Source of the DNA: Macrostomum lignano
Taxonomy: Eukaryota
Direction: 5' to 3'
Length of the DNA: 64,000 nucleotides
NCBI GenBank assembly: GCA_002269645.1
Contig: NIVC01001648.1
Span: 1-64,000, forward strand
Part shown: piece after piece, positions 53,501-64,000 of the stretch
How the letters are laid out: the number at the start of each line of letters is the position of its first letter
Numbering within the stretch: position 1 is the first letter of the stretch
The notes under the pieces: generated by a model
Database searches by the model: none
The model's input: only the letters and a program-made list of their open reading frames with translations
What the model was told of the DNA's origin: nothing
Position numbers and translations under genes: made by a program

Positions 53501-56500
53501 AGCGAGTTCGAATTCGACCTGCTGGTCTGCCTGCAGATGCCGCCGCTGTCGGCCACTCGGGTCGGATTCTCGGCCGGGGCGGACAATTCGGAGCCCACTG
53601 TCCGCTGCCCGCCAGCCCGGCTGGCCATGAACTTCCCTCACAGCAGCTCCGTGTGGCCGAAAATCGACCGACTGGACGAAACCGCCGGCCGGAGTCAGCT
53701 GACTCTGGCCAACTCCGTGCTGGCCATCAACTTTACTCTGGCCGGCGGCGAGCCCGACTTTGTCAGCGTCCAGCAGCTCGGCGGCAGCGACGGCGGCGTG
53801 GCGGCCACCGGCTTCGGGCTGGAGCTCGGCTATCTCGGGCTGGCGAAGTCCAGGCGCGGCGCCTACATCATGGGGGGCGGGGTGAGCTGCGATTAGCGGG
53901 ATTATCAATGCAGTGGACTATCTACATATAGTTACAGGGAACTACAGATAGATTATCGATAGAACTACAGATAGATTATCGATAGAACTACAGATGGATT
54001 ATCGAGAGAATTACAGATGGATTATCGATAGAACTACAGATGGATTATCGAGAGAATTACAGATGGATTATCGATAGAACTACAGATGGATTATCGATAG
54101 AACTACAGATGGATTATCGATAGAACTACAGATAGATTATCGATAGAACTACAGATAGATTATCGATAGAATTACAGATGGATTATCGATAGAATTACAG
54201 ATAGATTATCGATAGAACTACAGATGAATTATCGAGAGAATTACAGATGGATTATCGATAGAACTACAGATGGATTATCGAGAGAATTACAGATGGATTA
54301 TCGATAGAACTACAGATGGATTATCGATAGAACTACAGATAGATTATCGATAGAACTACAGATAGATTATCGATAGAATTACAGATGGATTATCGAGAGA
54401 ATTACAGATGGATTATCGATAGAACCACAGATGGATTATCGATAGAATTACAGATGGATTATCGATAGAACCACAGATGGATTATCGATAGAATTACAGA
54501 TGGATTATCGATAGAATCACAGATGGATTATCATAAGAATTATAGATGGATTATTAAGAGAAAAACAGATGGATTATCGATAGAACCACCGATGGATTAT
54601 CGATATATTTACAGATGGATTATCGATAGAACTACAGATGGATTATCGATAGAACTACAAATGGATTATCCATAGAATTTCAGCTGGATTATAGGTGTAA
54701 TCAAAGTGGGATTATCGTTCGAAATCACTGAGGGATTAGTGATAATCATTTAATTTGTAAAGTGCAATTTAATGATACCAAATGACTTGTCAACCATTTG
54801 ACTTGTACCCTACAATTCCACTACAACCCATGCGCAACAGGTGGAGCCGGGCGCCCCGCTCTCCCGCGAGGGCCTGCAGCCCGACCCGGTGGTTTATTCA
54901 GTTCGAGGCCCGGTTCGCAGCTCCATCCTGCGCCAACAGAACCACTACAGAAACCGGGTGGCCCTGTACAGCACCGGCCTGGCAGCGGTGGACTCCGCTG
55001 TGCGAGTCACCAACCTGGCGAACCTGCCCAGCTCGGAGTCCTCGGACATGACCAAGCCGCTGGACCTGGAGCTGGTCATGCGGGCCAACTTCAGCCTGGC
55101 GAATGGCCGCTACTTCTACACTGACGCGAACTCCGCCGCGCTGGTCAGGCGGCACAGGCCGATAAAGGCCCCGTTCGAGTCCGGCGTGTACCCCGTGACC
55201 GGCGCCGTAGTGCTGTGCGGCTCGGCCCGGCGGAGGCGGGTGGCGGTTCTGACCGGTCAGAGCCACGGTGCCGCCCTGCTGCCTGACGGCCGGCTTGACA
55301 TTGTGCTGCACAGACGGACCTCTCAGGTGTGCGCGTGTGGGTATCGCCTAATCCAACCCTAATCCTGCCGATAATCCTTCCATTTAAATCCTCTGATTCT
55401 ATCGATAATCCCACCGCGATTCTATCGATAATCCCACCGCAATTCTATCGATAATCCCACCGCAATTCTATCGATAATCCCACCGCAATTCTATCGATAA
55501 TCCCACCGCAATTCTATCGATAATCCCACCGCAATTCTATCGATAATCCCACCGCAATTCTATCGATAATCCCACCGCAATTCTATCGATAATCCCACCG
55601 CAATTCTATCGATAATCCCACCGCAATTCTATCGATAATCCCACCGCAATTCTATCGATAATCCCACCGCAATTCTATCGATAATCCCACCGCAATTCTA
55701 TCGATAATCCCACCGCAATTCTATCGATAATCCATCAATTTTTGCCGACAAAAAGCCCGATTTTTTCAATTATCAACGTGTATGATTATGAATTTTCTAC
55801 AATTCGTAATCCAACCGACCAACCAGTACTCTCGCCAATAATGCAACCAGAATTCCCCAAAAATTAAACCAGAATTCCCCACTAATCCAACCAGAAGTTC
55901 CCAATAATCCAACCAGAATTCCCCACTAATCCAACCAGAATTCCCCACTAATCCAACCAGAATTCCTCACTAATCCAACCAGAATTCCCCACTAATCCAA
56001 CCAGAATTCCTCACTAATCCAACCAGAATTCCCCACTAATCCAACCAGAATTCCTCACTAATCCAACCAGAATTCCCCACTAATCCAACCAGAATTCCTC
56101 ACTAATCCAACCAGAATTCCTCACTAATCCATCCAGAATTCCCCCGCAGGACGACAGTCGCGGCGTGGGCCAGGCCATGGAGCGGGTTTACCCAGCTCGC
56201 AGCGACTTCCTGCTGCACTGGTCGACTCAGTCGGCCGCCGATTCCACCGACGCCAACAATAACGACGAGCGTCTGGTTGGCGACTTCCTGACCCCGGCCG
56301 AGCTGGCGCTGTCTCGCCGGCTCAACCACCGACCGTTGGCCTTCCTAACCCGTTCGCCTGGCAACAAATCCCCAGTTGTCCAGCTGTCCCTGCTGCCGCC
56401 GGCCGGTCTGCCCTGCTCACTGGAGATTGTCACCTACCGGTTGCTGCCGCCTGGGCACCGGTTCCAGGCCCTGCTGGTGCTGCACAATCAGCCAAGCGTG

Positions 56501-56746
56501 TGCCACAAAACCGGCAATGGTGAGCAGCAGCAGCAGCAACCGTGCAAAGCCAAAGTGGGCTTCTGTCTGGCCGACCTGTTTACAGCTGGTCCGGGCGAGG
56601 CGGCCCCTCGTCGGCCCAGCCGAGCGGCCGAGGCGACCCTCACGGGGCTGCGGCTGACCCGGCCAGTGGTGGACCTGAACGAGCCGCTGCCATTGGGCGG
56701 CTTCTTCTTTCGCACTTTTCTATTGCAATTCGATGGATCGCATTGA
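50545..56746 (+). CDS. MAN2A1: Golgi alpha-mannosidase II (GH38), type II membrane protein (1141 aa)
   Basis: Exons 50545-51947, 52210-52570, 53303-53881, 54841-55326 and 56150-56746; GT-AG, 3426 nt open. N-terminal TM segment, VVPHSHNDPNW, GGWVSPDEA, W.VDPFG, PLGDDFR, YWSGYFTSRP, LFQHHDSITGT and LHRRTSQDDSRGVGQ. The symbol denotes the MAN2A1/2 family. Confidence 0.92.
52625..53225. repeat. Compound minisatellite grading from 20-bp (AGCTTCTTCCGTAGCTTACT) to 17-bp (TAGCGTCTCCCCCTT) units
   Basis: Fills mannosidase intron 2. Confidence 0.9.
53935..54695 (+). repeat. 23-bp minisatellite (TGGATTATCGATAGAACTACAGA)n
   Basis: Mannosidase intron 3. Confidence 0.95.
55395..55735 (-). repeat. 23-bp minisatellite (ATTCTATCGATAATCCCACCGCA)n, an inverted relative of the 53935-54695 array
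   Basis: Its reverse complement TGCGGTGGGATTATCGATAGAAT shares GGATTATCGATAGAA with the intron-3 unit. Confidence 0.95.
55845..56140 (+). repeat. 22-bp minisatellite (ACTAATCCAACCAGAATTCCCC)n abutting the last-exon acceptor
   Basis: Direct reading; ends 9 bp before the AG at 56148-56149. Confidence 0.93.
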
Positions 56747-56969
56747 CAAAGGTCGCCTGCTTTAGCAGCTGAAAGATTGCTCTATATACTACTGTTTAGT
56801 ATCAGGCACAGTTTCTAGAATAACTAGATATGCCACTACTGAAAAAGCAGAGCGTCAACTCAGTAGTTTCTCTGCGCAGTGTTACTTAAATTTTAAATGC
56901 GCATCTAAAATCTTCTTTCCTTTCTCGGGGTTTGTGGCCTCAGAAGCATACACAAATGAACGCAAGATA

Positions 56970-57200
56970 GACGAAACTCAACCTAGTGGGGTGGGGCTGG
57001 CATAATCTAGCTCAGCCAATGAGAGATCAGTAAGGAGAGAGGGCAAAGTCAGACAGATGAAACTCAGTCTGGGTGTGGGGCAGGCCCAATCTGGCTCAGC
57101 CAATGAGAGAACAGTAAGGAGAGAGGACAAAGTCAGACAAACGAAACTCAGCCTGGGGTGGGGAAGGCCAATCTAGCTCAGCCAATGAGAGAGCAGTAAG
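56970..57200. repeat. About 85-bp repeat in 3 copies, each with GGGGTGGGG and CCAAT motifs
   Basis: GAAACTCA starts at 56973, 57059 and 57143. Confidence 0.85.
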
Positions 57201-58449
57201 GAGTAAGGCTAACTATAAGTCTAACTGTTTATCGTCCTAGCTGGGGGCTTGGGGCGCCAACCCTTTTCTCACTTGCTCGCTATGCAAACGCACTAGTTTT
57301 TGAGTTTTTCAAGTTTTACTGCAGTCTTCCCACCTAAATTGATTTCTTATCAAATAATTTAGAGTTTGAGGCAGTCTGGAGGTGGTAAAACGGGATGAAG
57401 AGGCATTTTTGCGAGTGGGCCGCAAACCTAGCTATTCTAGTATGTTTGTATTTAGCTGGAATCTAGTTCGTTCCCGTAAGCAGTTTTAAAGGAATTTTAT
57501 TTTTTAAAAATTGCACACTGTCGCCGCATATACAGACACTTGACAATACGTTTTATATGATATATGATAATTCGTTTTATAGGGATCTTGACACAGGAGT
57601 TTTAGAAATTTCACACCAGTCTATCGATCTGTGTACTATTTATAAAAATTCTACATTCAATATTTTAATATCTGCTTGTGAATTGTGAACTATCTATCTA
57701 ATTGCAATCTATTCATCATGATAGTTTCTGGATATTTCTGTGTTGTATTGTTAGACTTCTAAATATAGTCCATGGTATTTGACGTGCGCTCGATTCTGTA
57801 GATTGATTTTAATGAGGTTTTTATCGCTGCTCAGGGGAGTTCAGGTTGGCAGATGATGAAGGCCAGGATTTTAGCAATGCATGTAATCCGTCTGTCTTTT
57901 ATGTGCATGTATTGTTGCGCATAGGGCGTTTTCCATTTCATTCTATTCCTTTTTGCTGCATTTATTTGTCTATACTGTGTTCTATATATTTAATCTTTAA
58001 GGTAATTTCTTTGCTTAACTGAGTTCGGTGCGCTGCTAACTGCTAATGCTAGTGTCTTGTGCGAGCTGTTCATTTAATATATCACTTTCCTATTTGTTTA
58101 TTCGCAGTAAAATTTGCTTTATTTTTCGCTTATTTATTAGTTGAATCAATCCTAATACGAATATAGCCACAGATAATACTCGTAGAATAACTGGATGGGC
58201 CACTCAGCACGTTTGCGTGCAAGCTACTTTCTGTTCAGTAGTAAGTTAAACAGAAGCATTTTAACGTATTTTTACAGACAAGGCTCATTTATTGGCTCTT
58301 AACCCCCCCCCAAGCTAAACAATCAAACTCCACACGAAACCTCTACCCCTGACCCAAATTTTCTTACCTTCATCGGTTGTTCCAGCCTAAATCTGCCTTG
58401 TACATTTCAGTGGCCAATGTACATTATGGTTGAACCAATTACATGTACG

Positions 58450-59465
58450 GCCTGTGTGCAATTAGTCTGAGGCCTGTGTAATTAGTTTGGGGCCTGTGTG
58501 CAATTAGTTTAGGGCCTGTGTGCAATTAGTTTGGGGCCTGTGCAATTAGTTTAGGGCCTGTGTGCAATTAGTTTAGGGCCTGTGTGCAATTAGTTTAGGG
58601 CCTGTGTGCAATTAGTTTTGGGGCCTGTGTGCAATTAGTTTTGGGGCTTGTGTCATTAGTTTGGAGCCTGTGTGCAATTAGTTTAGGGCCTGTGTGCAAT
58701 TAGTTTTGGGGCCTGTGTGCAATTAGTTTTGGGGCTTGTGTCATTAGTTTGGGGCCTGTGTGCAATTAGTTTAGGGCCTGTGTGCAATTAGTTTTGGGGC
58801 CTGTGTGCAATTAGTTTTGGGGCTTGTGTCATTAGTTTGGGGCCTGTGTGCAATTAGTTTGGGGCCTGTGTGCAATTAGTTTGGGGCCTGTGTGCAATTA
58901 GTTTAGGGCCTGTGTGCAATTAGTTTTGGGGCCTGTGTGCAATTAGTTTTGGGGCTTGTGTCATTAGTTTGGAGCCTGTGTGCAATTAGTTTAGGGCCTG
59001 TGTGCAATTAGTTTTGGGGCCTGTGTGCAATTAGTTTTGGGGCTTGTGTCATTAGTTTGGGGCCTGTGTGCAATTAGTTTAGGGCCTGTGTGCAATTAGT
59101 TTTGGGGCCTGTGTGCAATTAGTTTTGGGGCTTGTGTCATTAGTTTGGGGCCTGTGTGCAATTAGTTTGGGGCCTGTGTGCAATTAGTTTGGGGCCTGTG
59201 TGCAATTAGTTTAGGGCCTGTGTGCAATTAGTTTGGGGCCTGTGTGCAATTAGTTTGGGGCCTGTGCAATTAGTTTGGGGCCTGTGTGCAATTAGTTTAG
59301 GGCCTGTGTGCAATTAGTTTAGGGCCTGTGTGCAATTAGTTTAGGGCCTGTGTGCAATTAGTTTTGCGGCCTGTGTGCAATTAGTTTTGGGGCTTGTGTC
59401 ATTAGTTTGGGGCCTGTGCAATTAGTTTGGGGCCTGTGCAATTAGTTTGGGGCCTGTGCAATTAC
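58450..59465. repeat. 22-24-bp minisatellite (GGGGCCTGTGTGCAATTAGTTT)n
   Basis: Direct reading, with internal higher-order blocks. Confidence 0.95.
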
Positions 59466-59934
59466 TGTCTATGGGAGGGAGCAACCAGCCACCAAAGGCG
59501 CAGAGAGTGTACATGTCTGACGATGAAGTGCGTATGCGTACTCAAATTCCAACTGATCTTATTTTATTATCTAATTCATGCGGATTCCCAATGGGGGGCT
59601 CGCAGCCGGCGGCGCAAAGAAACTGTCTGACGACTCCGGCTGCTCCAAAAACGTCATCCCAACAAGGTTCTGGTCACTTCGTCGTCCACCGAGAATGTCG
59701 ATTCCAAGTAAATTTGATGCGGAAGAATTGTGAATAAGTTAACTGTTACGACACGGGCTACATAGACAAATGCCCGTTGTGCAGGGACCCGCAGATCAAG
59801 TTATGCAACTCAAGACACTGGAGCTGCTTCCCCTGCTGACCGCACAGGGGATCGCCGCCAACGTCCATGACTGCGCGTTGCCAGTCAATCGGCACGACGC
59901 GCAGCGACGACTCCTGAACATGGGGCGGCTGTAT

Positions 59935-60635
59935 ACCCAACGAATTTTATTGCCTTTCATTTCTACCCTAGCGCGTTTTATTGCCTTTCATTTCTACTCC
60001 CAGTGAGTTTTATTGCCTTTCATTTCTACCCCCAGCGAGTTTTATTGCCTTTCATTTCTACTCCCAGTGAGTTTTATTGCCTTTCATTTCTACCCCCAGC
60101 GAGTTTTATTGCCTTTCATTTCTACCCCTGCGAGTTTTATTGCCTTTCATTTCTACCCCAGCGAATTTTATTGCCTTTCATTTCTACCCTAGCGCGTTTT
60201 ATTGCCTTTCATTTCTACTCCCAGTGAGTTTTATTGCCTTTCATTTCTACCCCCAGCGAGTTTTATTGCCTTTCATTTCTACTCCCAGTGAGTTTTATTG
60301 CCTTTCATTTCTACCCCCAGCGAGTTTTATAGCCTTTCATTTCTACCCCTGCGAGTTTTATTGCCTTTCATTTCTACCCCAGCGAATTTTATTGCCTTTC
60401 ATTTCTACCCCGCGCGAGTTTTATTGCCTTTCATTTCTACCCCGCGCGAGTTTTATTACCTTTCATTTCTACCCCTGCGAGTTTTATTGCCTTTCATTTC
60501 TACCCCAGCGAATTTTATTGCCTTTCATTTCTACCCCCAGCGAGTTTTATTGCCTTTCATTTCTACCCCGCGCGAGTTTTATTGCCTTTCATTTCTACCC
60601 CAGCGAGTTTTATTGCCTTTCATTTCTACCCCTAA
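59935..60635. repeat. 30-32-bp minisatellite (CAGCGAGTTTTATTGCCTTTCATTTCTACCCC)n
   Basis: Direct reading. Confidence 0.95.
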
Positions 60636-61419
60636 ATAACTTTATTGTATGTTATTTTAGTCGCGAGTTTTTTGTAATATTGCGAAAAATTTATGTGCCT
60701 TTTATATTTTCTTTATTTTTCGACTGACATTTATATGATAACTTTTTTCGCGTGCCTTTTGCACAATTTCTTATTTTGCTTTCTATTTAAACGCTCATAT
60801 GACGCAAAACTTAAATTGAAAATATATAGATTTCCTTTTCGCTTTTATAGCTATAAAAAATATATTGTTTTAACATTTTTTCTAAAAAGAAAAGGTGAGA
60901 AATTCCCCTTGACAATTTTTTTGTTGCGCTGAATCGAAGCAACCCAGGTACACGAAATTCACGATATCACGTGCTGACTTTGTTGCGCACCTTCTCAAAG
61001 AAAAATCAAGTCGCCAGCCCTACAATTAGATATTCAAAAAGATTCTGCCAGAAGGTCGGATTTTTCCCATAAGCGCTAGTGCATTCAGCGACGATGGACA
61101 CCCTGTTGCAAATTTCTCTAGGTTCGCTAATCAAGCCTCAACAGAGGGCAAACCTCAACTGCTTGACATCCTCAGCTGGTCTCTCAAGCATTCTGTCATC
61201 ACCCCGACGCCGTCAGCACCTTCAGCAGATGACACCAGACGAAACTTGGTAGTTCGACGGGCGGAAAAATATAGCTTGGTATTCCTAACTGTTAATATGC
61301 AGTCAAAATACGACAGCCTCGTTGACTGTAAACTTGCATTTATAAGACATCAGATTGAAGGGTGAGTTTTGTGCTGATAAGAAATGATGGGTGGAGTTCG
61401 CGAATGAGGAAAGAGATCA

Positions 61420-61665
61420 GATTGAAGAGCCAATCAGAAAGCCGCGAGGGGAGAGATGACTGAACTAGCCAGAGAGGGAGAGAAAAGAGTGGAAAGAGGT
61501 CAGACTGAAGAGCCAATCAGAAAGCCGCGAGGGAGAGAGATGACTGAACTAGACAGAGAGGGAGTGAAAAGAGTGGAAAGAGGTCAGAGTGAAGAGCCAA
61601 TCAGAAAGCCGCGAGGGGAGAGAGATGACTGAACTAGACAGAGAGGGAGAGAAAACAGAGACGAG
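61420..61665. repeat. About 83-bp repeat in 3 copies, each with AGCCAATCAG
   Basis: GAAGAGCCAATC at 61424, 61507 and 61591. Confidence 0.85.
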
Positions 61666-62515
61666 AGCAGATGAACTGAAGAAATGAGAAGAAAGTCGCA
61701 ACACAGGTAGATCTGATTTTATATAAAGCACCCGAGCTCGGACGTAAAGTTAACAAAGAGGAGAACGCCACTAATAAAAATATACTAGACGAACTAATAC
61801 GAGCTAGCCATCAATAAAACTCAATAAATGAAATCTTAGACCAACTAATGGCCATCAATAAAACCTTTTAAACCAACTAGTAGTCATGAATAACACTAAA
61901 ACAATGTCAATACGCGCTCGTGAATAACTTCTTTTGGAGCCGAAATTCCTCTCTCTCTACTAACAAGTAGAAATTAGCGCAAACGACACCACCACTTGAA
62001 AGTTGCAACTGTACGACGCTAACTTGAAGTATTGGCACTTGGCAGCATTTTGGTTCCCCGAATCTATTTTTAGCTTCGGGGGCGGAGGCTCGCAGGCCTC
62101 CTATTGGCTGGCAGAATTCCGGGCCCCCCGCCCACCAAAAACCCTTGCCCGCCTTCCCTTTGAATTTTGGCTACGCTGCACTCCCGGCGTGTCCTCACAC
62201 GCGGCCCATTGCGCGCCCGGCCCAACCCCCTCACTTTTCAACACCCCGGCCGCCCATTCACATTATATTGATCGCGGCCGGCACGCATATAGCACGCAGC
62301 TCCGACTGGCAGCGGGAAGAGCAGGCCAAGCCCCCCCCAGAAGACCCAAAGGCAGATTGCGACCCCCAGACAAGTCCAGGCAAGGGGACGGTGGCCCCTC
62401 CTCCCCTACAGTGCGATTCCCAAAGCAGACTGGCTCTTCGACTCCCCTGCACCCTAGTGTAAAGGCAATCGGCTTCCCCGTCTGAGCTGAGCAGCTTCTC
62501 AAACTCGGCGACAGG

Positions 62516-63060
62516 ATGGGCGGCTGCGCTACACGCCAGAAGGAGCTGCACGACCCGGCCTCCAGCTCGTCGCCGATGTCCAAGCCAAGGTCGGCAAAGC
62601 AGGCCAACTTGGCGACGCCGTCGAAGGAAGAGTCGCTGCAGCAGCAGCAGCCGCTTCACGGAACTCCATCCCGACAGCACCAGCTGGTGAAAGGTTGCAG
62701 TCTCAACAACAGTCCACAACACGCGCTCCAGTCTCCAAAGGTTAGACGCGCCTCGGCGGGTCAGCAGCCGCTGCAACAACAGCAGCAGCAGCAGCAGCAA
62801 CAACAGTCGGAAAGTCCCTGCCGACGGTCGTGCAACAACAGCACTCCAGTGCCTCTGATTGTGAACTCCAGTCGGACCTCCTCACTTAAGCAGCCGCAGC
62901 AGCCGTCTCCGCAGCCTCAATACTGCGGGGGCGACGCTGGTGGCGGTAACCTTGGCCAGCAGCCTGTGACGCTTCTAGTAGCAACGTTTAACTATGTTGC
63001 CCGCACTGAGGGTGAACTGTCCTTCGAGACTGGCGACTACCTGACCCTGGTTGAAGCTGT
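62516..63060 (+). CDS. First coding exon of an N-myristoylated SH3-domain protein, probably a Src-family (Src42A/FRK-like) kinase; gene continues beyond the window
   Basis: MGGCATRQK (Gly2, Cys4), a Q/S/P-rich unique region, then the SH3 start LLVATFNYVARTEGELSFETGDYLTLV. Phase-2 donor GT|GTGAGT at 63060/63061. The kinase domain is not in the window. Confidence 0.75.
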
Positions 63061-63114
63061 GTGAGTGCCTCAGATTATGCATTATCTTTAGCTTGGGGTT
63101 TCCTTCATCAATCT

Positions 63115-63500
63115 TTGCCTCAGAGAGCTGCATTCCCCTCAGCGAGCTGCTTTCCCCTCAGCGAGCTGCATTCCCCTCAGCGAGCTGCATTCCCCTCAGC
63201 GAGCTGCATTCCCCTCAGCGAGCTGCATTCCCCTCAGCGAGCTGCATTCCCCTCAGCGAGCTGCATTCCCCTCAGCGAGCTGCATTCCCCTCAGCGAGCT
63301 GTATTCCCCTCAGCGAGCTGCTTTCCCCTCAGCGAGCTGCATTCCCCTCAGCGAGCTGCATTCCCCTCAGCGAGCTGCATTCCCCTCAGCGAGCTGCATT
63401 CCCCTCAGCGAGCTGCATTCCCCTCAGCGAGCTGCATTCCCCTCAGCGAGCTGCATTCCCCTCAGCGAGCTGCTTTCCCCTCAGCGAGCTGCTTCCCCAC
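63115..63500. repeat. 19-bp minisatellite (GAGCTGCATTCCCCTCAGC)n
   Basis: Starts about 55 bp after the SH3-exon donor. Confidence 0.95.
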
Positions 63501-64000
63501 AACACCTGAAAATGTAAAGTTTTGCCTGCCCAAATTTAATTGAGACTGATTTTATTAATTCTATAAAATTCATCTATTGATTAAGAATATATTTGAAAAG
63601 TTTTTATTAATTATGAATATCAGTCAAAACTACTCACTGCACACAGACCGATTGAACTAATCACAGAGTTTGCTTTTCCATTTTACATGTAGAGGCATAG
63701 TCCCAGTAAAAATGATGGATTTATGGCCAATCAATCAAGGTGCTTGCCGGCTGTTAATAGCTTAATTAGAGAGAATCTTTCAGTTTTTAGCAGTATATTT
63801 CAATTGAACTAAGCACTGGAGGGGGCTGGGCTGGCATAACTGCAGCCGATTGCGAATTGATTGATTTGTTGGAGAGGTCTGGGCCAAGCCTATCTGAGTC
63901 CAGCAGCAGCCTCACCGGTGCTCCACTCCACAGCGCACAGCGGGTGCAGTTGGAGTTGATGCCTCCGAGAGGGCAGAAATTGTTTGAACAAACCTGAGGG

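Noticed and set aside
59530-59940. Short ORFs between the two arrays
   Set aside because: No recognisable domain or exon structure.

Overview
Repeat-rich eukaryotic (metazoan) genomic DNA. The GC-rich exons and minisatellite-filled introns resemble a flatworm such as Macrostomum lignano, but this is inference only. By manual splicing I reconstruct: (1) a 5-exon secreted SP-CUB-CUB-CUB-PAN gene (+, 3372-12171, 483 aa), with a broken partial copy upstream (about 890-1728); (2) a 15-exon FARP/Cdep-type FERM-FA-DH-PH-PH gene (-, 14509-47932, 1273 aa); (3) a 5-exon Golgi alpha-mannosidase II gene (+, 50545-56746, 1141 aa); (4) the first coding exon of a myristoylated SH3 protein, probably a Src-family kinase (+, 62516-63060). 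Two Ty3/Gypsy (Mag-like) retrotransposons lie in introns. One is intact with identical direct LTRs (20385-24848). The other (6580-11048) has a normal 3' LTR, but its 5' LTR is replaced by an inverted 113-bp LTR piece. It therefore has perfect terminal inverted repeats plus a 5-bp TSD, and is the most unusual object here. Also present: a full-length tRNA-derived SINE with a 16-bp TSD, MITE remnants and about 35 tandem arrays. Several arrays are amplified splice signals, and two form an inverted pair around an exon.
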